Translations under genes and position numbers: made by a program
Shown: positions 54,777-64,000 of the stretch, piece by piece
Position numbering within the stretch: position 1 is the first letter of the stretch
Layout: each line of letters opens with the position of its first letter
The notes under the pieces: model-generated
Told to the model about the DNA's origin: nothing
Database searches by the model: none
The model's input: the letters and a program-made list of their open reading frames with translations, nothing else
NCBI RefSeq assembly: GCF_003704095.1
Contig: NW_020844976.1
Span: 124,001-188,000, forward strand
Length of the DNA: 64,000 nucleotides
From: Pocillopora damicornis
Taxonomy: Eukaryota
Reading direction: 5' to 3'

Positions 54777-55470
54777 AATAAGAGAGCGTGTAGCATGGGG
54801 AAGAGCATTATTTCTAGTACCCAGATTTCTCGTTTCACTAAATCTAAACTATGCACGAAACACCTACTCCACTCCATGAGCAAACCTTTTTCTACCAGAA
54901 GCTCCCTATCCCCCTCTCACAACAACAATGGAAATACAAGTTTGCTTCATGGTTGGAACTGTCTTGAGTCACCCTCCTTTTGACATTGATTTTACAACAG
55001 CGGTGTCTCAGTGAACCCTGTCACTCCCAAGATCTTTTCTATCTGTCATACAATTCATATGATGTTATTTAAGAAAATTTGGTATTGGATTGACTAGCAA
55101 TCCCTAAATTGATATTTTTCTTTATTTTCATCACTTATCTGCCCTATGCTGCATTAATCTTGCTAAGAGAAATTCTGTCTTGGTCCTTTAAGGGAGGTTA
55201 AGGGTTAACAATGTAAAGAAAAGAATTTTAAAAGTAAAAACATGTTTTCAATACAAGTATAGTTATCACAATTATAAATAGCAAGACTCAGATAAGAATG
55301 ATAAAGTTTACTTTAATGGTTTGCCTTACTGTTTTCAACACAGGTGGTAATTGACAGTTTATTTATCATAACCAACAATGTGTATTCATCCATGTTTAAT
55401 TTAAAAAATTAAAAGTTTGTGTTTTTTCATGTTGTGTTGAGTTTGAGAGCCTCAGCATAAGATCTACTGA

Positions 55471-57099
55471 TTATTTCTTTGGATCTTCTTTTCCAACTTT
55501 GGCAAAAGGACACCCTGAATCAGAGGCTGGACACTTCCTTTTTGCACCAGCTGGCAACACTGAATCAGCTGGCTCCACAAGAGGCTTTCCTTCACTCTCA
55601 ACAGCTTTAAATGGACAACCATCTTTCTGAAGTACAGGACACTCCTCAGCTTTCTCATGGCCAACACTGTGAATGACTTTCACGGTCTTCATCAGAGCTT
55701 CTTTATGGTGGCAGTCCTTGTCACTGCTTGGCATCTGCGACAGCTTACTGTGGATTTCTTCAATTGTTTTGGCATCCTTGAAGGCACATCCTTCTTCAAA
55801 CTCCGGGCATTTCTTAATTTCTCCCAAAAGAGCTTCATTCTCCGTGTTGGCAAATGGACACCCTTCCTTGAAAGCAGGACACTTCTCCTTCAGTTTACTG
55901 ACATCAGAGGTAGTAAAACCTTCTAACACAGCTGCTGGTGGCTCTATCAAAGGTTTTCCTTCCTTGTTGGCATCTTTAAAAGGACAGCCTTCCTCTGTCT
56001 TAAACACAGGACATTCTCCAACCTTCTCTTCCAACTTTTTGGACTCAGAATGAACAGCCTTCAGCATGCTGAGTAGCTGCTCATGTGCCTCTCCCGTGTG
56101 GTGCTTTGATTCTGGCATCTTGGACAATTCTTCAACCACTTCCTTGACATTTTTAGCATCTTTAAAGGGGCATCCTATCTGGAACTCGGGGCATTTTTTG
56201 AGTTCTTCCATGAAAAGATCTTTTGTCAGATTGGAATAAGGGCAGCCTTCTTTAAATGCAGGACAGTTGTCCTTCAATGTTTCATTATCATGCTGAAGGA
56301 AGTGAAAAAGAAGTTTATTTGTGTTTGTTTTGTTTTCTTTTTTTTCATGTAAATTGTTTATCAAACTTACGCGTAGATAGTTTACTACAGGGTTATACAG
56401 AAATCATTCCACTTTTATGAACATGTAGGGTTTTTAAGAGATGTTTTTAGAGCAAATTAGGAATTTCTTGCAAGGTTATTGCATCGATTTTTGCGATTCA
56501 AATTTCTGGGCTTAACATTGCGTGATTAATTGTTGTCACACTTCACAATCAGATGGAGAGTCACGTGGCTAAACACTTGACCGGAATTTTCCGACTTCCC
56601 TGATCTTCAATGAAACTGAAGCCCAAAACTCATTAGAAAAAGGAGATTTGATACCACTACTCACTTAACAACTATTTATAGCGTTCGAGAAAGTAAGCTG
56701 ATGGTTCTGATGATAAATTTATCCTTGAAATACAAACAAAAAAATAAGTTTAATTTACTTATCAATGACTGGCGAGAAAGAAACCATCGGTCGTCGAAAT
56801 CGGATTTGCAATTCGCTGGCTTTTGACTGAGAGATTAGATCACGGACTTGAGCTTGGATCGGTCCTTAAAAACTTGAAAAAGACATGACGATTCTTTGAC
56901 TAAATAAAGGAACAATGCTGAACAGCACAAACAACAATGGTCCCCTGATCTGTTGAAATCTTGACTTACACCTGTAGGGTGTCACACAGTGATCACTGAA
57001 AAACAGTCATGGTACCTTTAGGAAATACTGTAATCGCCTTATCAAATCTAGAAGACTTAGAAAAAACGGGATGAGCTTGCTTACCTCAGTTCCTGCCAT
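55471..57099 (-). CDS. Stand-alone Cys-Pro repeat protein, paralogue of the heme oxygenase N-terminal array; no HO domain and no TM; about 278 aa
   Basis: Main exon 56292-55471 is preceded by the acceptor CTTCCTTCAG and encodes HDNETLKDNCPAFKEGCPY...GCPFAKVGKEDPKK*, collinear with the start of the HO protein. The inferred 15-nt first exon 57099-57085 (ATG GCA GGA ACT GAG|GTAAG) splices in phase 0. Confidence 0.8.
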
Positions 57100-57139
57100 G
57101 ACTGCAAACGACGCTAAACAGAGCAAAAGAAGAAATGAG

Positions 57140-57170
57140 CCATAAATAACACGTGATGGTTTACGTCACA
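57140..57170 (-). promoter_or_regulatory. Candidate core promoter of the Cys-Pro repeat gene
   Basis: On the minus strand TGACGTAA (57168-57161), CACGTG (57155-57150) and TATA-like TATTTAT (57148-57142) lie 45-70 nt upstream of the inferred ATG at 57099. Confidence 0.45.
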
Positions 57171-60100
57171 GCTGTTATGTGCAGGAAAGTCACGAACACG
57201 GAAAGATCGAAACCACTTGAAAGAACAACACGAAGACTGAAATAGTAATTGTCGGTTTGTTGATGAATATTGTTTATACTCTTTACGCCAACCTTGTCAT
57301 GAAGGAATCGGGAAAGGTTTTCATGTGACCCCATTCTATTCTAAAACAAAAAACTTGTCCCAAAGGCAAGACTATTGTGAACACCACTGTCTCTCTGTTA
57401 TCAATTAATTGTACGCGTAATGAAGTACTGAGTTGTACGGAAATCTTGTCGAAACTCGTTTTGCACAAGATTTCATGAAACCTACGCCATGACTCTGAGG
57501 AAATATTGACGTTAGTAAGGTCTAAGTTCCGTTTCAGTCACTAGCACTAAACTTCAAAGCCTTGCTGAGTTTATTCACAGTTTGCTTTTCTCACAAGTCT
57601 TTTAGTATGCTGCTATTGAATTTTCATTTTTTGTGCCCACTGCTCCGATTCTGGAATATTGCGCAGGCTATCGGTACTTTCAAGGTTTTTTTTATATAAA
57701 AAAATAAATTAAAAAAAAAAAGAGGGAGAGCTCGGCACAGATGGAATGTGAGACTAAAGCTCACTATAGAAGTAGCTTGTCCAAGAAACGTTTTGCGTTC
57801 AAGAGCTACTTTGATCCTGTGTTTTAAAAATGAAAATTATAATTAAAAGAAGCGCTGCACCTTAGAATGTCGAGACTTTACGACTTGAACATCGATGACA
57901 GTGAAGGACTGACGAACCAGAGGGGGGGGGAGGGGTTTTCAGAATCTTTCAATGAAACATCAAAACAAAAGAACAGCAAACCATCTTAAGGACAATTGGC
58001 CCTTTGGAGTTCCTTAGAATTTTTCGTTTGATTGGCAAGCTCCACACCTCTTGATTAATTATAGCAAGGAAGCCTGGAGAGAGTTGCTCTCCCCAGACTT
58101 TCCTCGGATTTCACTATCGCGGTTTGTGGTAACTATCGTCTTAAAAAAGTGCGACATGACTGAAGAGGCTACGTTTCCTGCGAAGAGACTACGTCTGGTC
58201 TAAACAAACAGAACGTCGCTTTTCAAAGGAACAACTGGTATGTGTTTTTAAGATTTTTAAGGTAAGGTGCATGCTAGAAACTGCCCCTGTCTGATCGTTC
58301 TAGCTGGACGCAGTCCGTGTATAATTCTAATGAAAACGCTTTATTGATAAATTATGTAATGTTAAATGTATGTACTCCTATCGATTCCGATTGTCTTAAA
58401 TTCTAGTTTCAAATTCATAGTTCATGTTTAGAATTTAGTTTTATTTCGGTCAGGTTTTTTGAAATTTTAACTCCATGGATATGCTGAATGGCTGGTCACT
58501 TAATTCTGAGGTTAAGCTATACACAATCTTAATCAGTGTCTGCCACCTTAATTAAGTCATAAAAAAGTTAATGATTAAAATGAATTTTCACTGAATTTAA
58601 AGAAGTTGTCACAGCAGAATCTGAAACCAGGTAACAAAAACTTTAGTTACTAACTTAGTGAAAGTGAGAATACTGGACGACAGAACAGGCTCCAAAGCGA
58701 AATAACAAATGATCCCCGGATCACGAAATGGTTTGTACCTCTGGCGCTTGTGCTCTGGCGCGGTGCTCGTTTCAATACCCCCTCCCCCCTCTCCCCTCCC
58801 CCTCCCCCCTCCCCTCCAGTGACAAACTCTTTGTTTCGGTTTGGCATCTCCGTCAGATTTTGAGCGATTCTATTCGTTTTCGGACTCATCCGTTTCATCG
58901 ACGACGCTTAGGTCCTGTTAGACAGTTCCATCCGACTTTGATTTTGGAAGGGTCTACCTTTACGAAACTTGTTCAATCCCTCAACTACGTGATCGCTTTT
59001 TACTGACGAGGGAAAACAAGCGGATTCTTGGAATAACTTCTTATGTTTTCAGCAAACAAACAAAATAACGAAACAAAATCAAAATAAGCCGGTAATATTT
59101 TGCTTACAACCGCAGTTAGTTAAGTGTAAAGTTGTGCTAGGAAAGATATATCATTTAAATCATTTAATTTTTCATCAAAATAATAATAGTGCAGGGTCAT
59201 GTGTAAAACCAGCTTATGGCGAAAAAGATACATCCTGTTTACAATGTTACGAATGAAATAATTTTAAAACATGTAAGAAACATCGCGATTTACTGCCGGC
59301 TTAAGGACTAGTTAGTGTCATTATGTGAAACATCTGGAAGTGGGATCATAATCCTTTAATTGGAACAGGACCAACCATTGATAAGTTAAGATTAAAGATA
59401 TCAATTAAAATGATATTTGAATAAAGTGTGAGCTTCTAAATCGAGTGTTTACGATGGAGAAGAGTTGTCGAAGTCGTTACTTGTTTGCAGGGAAAACAAA
59501 AATTAGACGAGGAGTTTTCATTTCAAATTTTACAAATACCTGTTACTACGACAAATGGTTTTCTTTCATCCCGTTAATCCAAACTTTTTGCGAAAATTTA
59601 AGATTATAACTTGCATGTGGGTTAAAAATTGACTTCCAAGCACAATTTACGAGTGAAACAGAAGAATATGCACCACATAGATCCAGCAATGTTTTAGAAT
59701 ATGTTTGCATTATCATGAGTAGTAAATAAGTTGTACAGTTTATCTAAACATGAGATGGCTCACAGATTGACTTAAATACTTATCTAAATATTTATCCGGT
59801 AGTTTCAATTTTCAATTCACGCTAAGTGAATCCGTTCACTCTGGGAGAGTTTCGTTTCATTTCATCCACTGACTCGGCCATACTTGGTTGAGGGAAACAA
59901 TCCAGCGCTCTACGAGTCAGGTGATAAAGCAAGTAACTTTAATTCTACAGGGCAATCATAGACACTATCCAAACGGTATGTAAGTAACTGCTGAAATATT
60001 TACATTTTGGTGATAGATTTGGAGTCTCTTTGTTTGTAAATCTGTAGATTGGAGTTTGGGTGTTAAAGAAAACTAAACTATTTTTAAATAGGCGCTTAGT

Positions 60101-63100
60101 AGCCGACTGATGTAAAGTTTACCCCGACATTCTATGATCTGACCCACATGATTTCACGGGAGAAAAGGAATTTGTTGAGCATTTGAAACATTCATTTAGT
60201 TGCATGCATGTGTCTCCTTAAGTGTTTGTGGTATTCCACTAAACAACAATGTCGAGCCACCGCAAGGAAACGGCACTGTATAAGATATAATTTTGTAAGC
60301 TAATTAATACAAGACCCGACTTAATGGTTGCTACTGGTTCCGTCTTTGATTAGCTCATCCTGTGATGCTCCTTGATCGCGTTTCTGGTTTTGTTCCATCT
60401 TTCTGTGAGTGGCCGTTTCTTTCACTTCATCGACGGAAACTGGACAATTTCATTCACAACGACTGACTCTATAGATGTCCCACTTGTAAATCGTTGTACT
60501 CTTCTAAGGTTCTCGTAAATTCAGGTATTGTACCAATTAAGATATAATTGGCTTAATGCACTGACCAAGGCAACGAATACGATTCAGTAACACAAGTTGG
60601 CAAAGGACCTTTCTTTTTTGACCTGACCTTGACCAATCCTGTTTATGTTAGCTTAGAGTGAGAATACCCTTTTAAATTAAGGGTGTCCTTGTGTGAAGTT
60701 GATCGGGGGGATTCTTGATTTTACTCAAGAGCTGTGTTATTCAGTGATTTCAGGTGCCATTTGTTAAAAGATTCCGTGATTAAACAATGACCCTGTTAAG
60801 CTTACTGAGTGAAAGCAGCTCTCTGTTTCATTAATACGATTAAAAGGATCTCTTATTAGCTACCAGTCCAAAAATACAACCCATTTAGAAATAATGAACC
60901 AATACATCACCCACAACGACTGTAACTGATCGAGTCAACAGAGCCCCCTTAATTCATGAAAGTAACTTCCGGTCCTTCCGTATGTCTGACTAAACGCGTC
61001 GGACTATTTTAGGCCATTGAAAAAGTAAAAAACGGACATTAGGGGGAGACTGCTGAATGAACCAAATGATTAGAGAAGTGATAGGGATTATTTTCCTTCC
61101 TTAAGATTTCCGGCGTCCTAAAAACCCTCAGTCTGAGCTGATATGATGATTTCCTGTCAAGTCTCCGTGCACAAGCTTAAAAATGTTTTTTTTTCTGATT
61201 CAACAAAATAGAGGCGCCCTTTTAAAGAGGCCAACGATGGACTTGCCACCCCCCTTCTGAGTTAAATGCGATTTGGAAGTCTTCAGGTTCAGAGTGCATT
61301 TATTTTTTATTCCATTTCCCAAAAGACGCCGGGTTAGTGTCTGTCGGTAAGGAACAGCTAACGTAGGTACATTATGATTTTTTATAAGAAAATGCCCTTA
61401 AATACGCGAGACCAAGGAGGGTAAATGTACGGAGTCGACGAAAACCAAAGGGGGCACAATATACGAAAAAAAGGAAATTGAAGATTATTGATGGTGAAGA
61501 TTGCGCCGATTGCAGAGAGTTGACTTGTAAAACAACCATGCGACTAATCCACTAGATCCGTGTTCTGTTAATCGCTTCGTCATCAAACTACAGCCTTGAA
61601 GATTGCTAAACTGACCTGGACGGCATAAATATGATTAAAATATGTCGTCCAAAGAAAGCTGAGTACCGATTGTACTGAAATAAAGTAGCCGTATTTGCTT
61701 CATCACCTGGAATGGATTGAGGTCATTAACTTTAAACTGATAGAGCGTCAAACTGAGTTATGTTAAATGGACAGTTCAAAGAGAGATTGTTCACAAAGTG
61801 GCTAGCGCAACACCAAACCCAAATTTGGTTCTGTTATTTTGTTTTAAAAAAATGTTGCTATTTTGTTAGGGTAACGTGAAACTAAGGATTTGAGGTGGAA
61901 TGTGACTTTCTATGTAAGCCACAAACCTGATGAAAATTTGCACTTCAGCCTGCGTTGGCCTCCTTAATGGTATTTAAAAAACACTGACTGATAAACTGCC
62001 TTGTTGGTTTCTAAAGACGCACATTATCTCCCAGCCAATTTTCTCCTGGTGTTCCTACAGTAGTATAATTTGTTTCATCTTTTTACTACGGTAAAAGTGG
62101 TTTTTTAATGAAATAGAGAGCTCAATCGATTCCGTTGATTTAAAGAAAACATACACCGGCTGAACATTCGGGCCAAGACAAGGCCTCAGGGCTGTAATAA
62201 TTCATGTCGAAAAACTCAACGTCTGAATACGTGTCAACGATAATAATTAAATGTTTTTAATTAAATTGCATATAGCACGCCTGTTTATTGCATTACCGAC
62301 GAATTGAGCTGCGGATACTTTTCGCTTCCACTCACGAATGGCTGGTATACTCTCGACTATTACAAGGAATGAATGTGCAGTGATTGACCTGAAGCGCATG
62401 TAATTAGTCTGAATGACGTAATCATTGCCTATTTCCTTATAGAGTGTTTGTGAGGGGGTAGAGGTGGGGAGAAATTTTTTGTAATTTTGAATAACTCTCT
62501 GACGAGGGGCGGGGAGACGGGGTAAGGAATGATCTGAGGCGCGCCTTAGGGTTCGTGATTTCAGACCAGGACGACTCCATATTCAAAGCAACCGTTGGCG
62601 TTTCTTGTGTTTTCAAACAGTTCATCAGACAGATATTTTTTTCCGAACCCCGAGTGACTGATTCACGATCTGCTTGCGCCACTCTTTGTCTTGACAACAG
62701 TTACAGTCGGCGGCGGCTTGGGTCCTTCTGATCTTGTTTGCTGAAACGCACGGTGAACGAAGCAAGACCATTGCAGCAGTTAATAATACCTTGGAAAAAG
62801 TTGTTTCCTCAAAAGTGATTTGGATCAAAGGCCTGAGGGCCGAAGCTCTGGAAAAGCCATCATTATTATAATTTAATCGCAGCTCTTTTGAGTTCAGGTT
62901 ATCAGTTAAGTTCATCTGCTATTTTCAGAGTGAGCCGACAAAAAAATTTGTTGTAACGATTTCTTTGCTAGTCTAGATATCTTGAGTAAACAAATAAACA
63001 CTGTAAGGTAGATAAGCATTTTTGTAATTGAAACAAGTTGTGGGTAACGCTTTATCGAAAGCAGTTAATTGCGACAACATGTGTATCCAGATAAGAGAAC

Positions 63101-64000
63101 ATATCAAGTATTTAGCAATTCATTTGGGGTTTAGCGAGTTAAATCGACGATTCTTGAATCAATTCGCCACAAATTTAAGGAAATTGTTATGTCTTAGAGG
63201 TGTCGGTGATGATTGTTCCCGCTAAAACGATCAGAGCCCATTTTGAACAGTGTCACTAACCTTCTTAACGTTATCAGAAAAATCACGTGAGTACACATGA
63301 TCGATTAACTGTGAAAAATTGCCGACACAAGTTACATTGCACTTGCTATATACGTTTAAGTAACGCACACGGGTTGGGCTTCAGCTCGTAAAACTCTGAA
63401 CTTTTAAAAAATTGTCTTGGCAGTTTGAAAACAGGGAGGTATTAACAGTTATGTTGAGTTCTTGGTACGGTTATATAACAACTGAATATCCTCTGGGGGG
63501 AATTGAAAGCGTTTTTTCCTCCAGTTGGTGGCCAATAATTCAAATACTTAGGCTTGACCTTACCTTTCTTTTTTCTTTTTTCCTATACCGTAATACTTTG
63601 GAACCAACTCAGACCCAAACCAGCTCTTCCAAGACTTACGTTACGGTATGAGCAGCCAAATGATGAGGAACTAAAAAGAATTAAAAGCCACACATGGATA
63701 AAAAGCGCAGAGGCGCATGGACAATGTCATATAACGTTATTTCCTTCTCTTCTTCTTCCTTTTTGCTTCAGTTATTGGCTGAAAAACAAACGTCTCCCTT
63801 GTTTAATCGATAACATATTTCATTTCTATCTCGGTCCTTTGTGAGTAGATAACCTGGACAACTACCGGGTCTCAATTGAGATGATTGTCTGCGCAATATT
63901 TGATAGAAACGGTGGCTTTTAGATCTTTAGCGGAAAAATCACCTCTTTCAAATTGTGGGAGATTTTCCGTTGCGCTGTGCCAAATGTTTATTTCTACCGC

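Noticed and set aside
56293-56364. ORF-track N-terminus MINNLHEKKENKTNTNKLLFHFLQ for the array-only gene
   Set aside because: It starts at TTG and runs through an A-rich tract and a polypyrimidine/CAG acceptor. It is intronic, and an upstream ATG exon fits better.
57563-57572. ARE-like TGCTGAGTTT upstream of the array-only gene
   Set aside because: Two mismatches in the TGAC core, so too weak to call.
62437-62915. Overlapping minus-strand ORFs in the GC-rich patch
   Set aside because: No recognisable domain and no consistent splice structure.

Overview
AT-rich, intron-rich animal genomic DNA. The repeat families look like those I associate with stony corals or other cnidarians, but this is an inference. 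Nine protein-coding genes can be reconstructed by reading exons, in order: the 3' part of LZTFL1 (+), a FAM173-family (ATPSCKMT/ANTKMT) methyltransferase (-), USP40 (+), SUGCT (-), MOB4 (+), an unusual heme oxygenase (+), a GH3-domain gene GHDC (+), AVL9 (-) and a repeat-only paralogue of the heme oxygenase N-terminus (-). Introns and intergenic DNA carry many short MITE/SINE-like repeats and a 5'-truncated Penelope-like retroelement with a minimal hammerhead ribozyme. The most striking signal is the heme oxygenase (36384-39014, about 702 aa). Its normal catalytic domain and C-terminal membrane anchor are preceded by about 370 aa made of three ~130-aa super-repeats, together holding nine twin Cys-Pro motifs (CPxFx2-4GCPF-like) plus conserved His. 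About 18 kb away, in inverted orientation, an intact gene (55471-57099, about 278 aa) encodes only this Cys-Pro array, with no catalytic domain or anchor. Together they suggest a candidate two-part heme or redox sensing/buffering system. No gene could be supported in 57.2-64 kb. All coordinates were read by eye and repeat boundaries are approximate.
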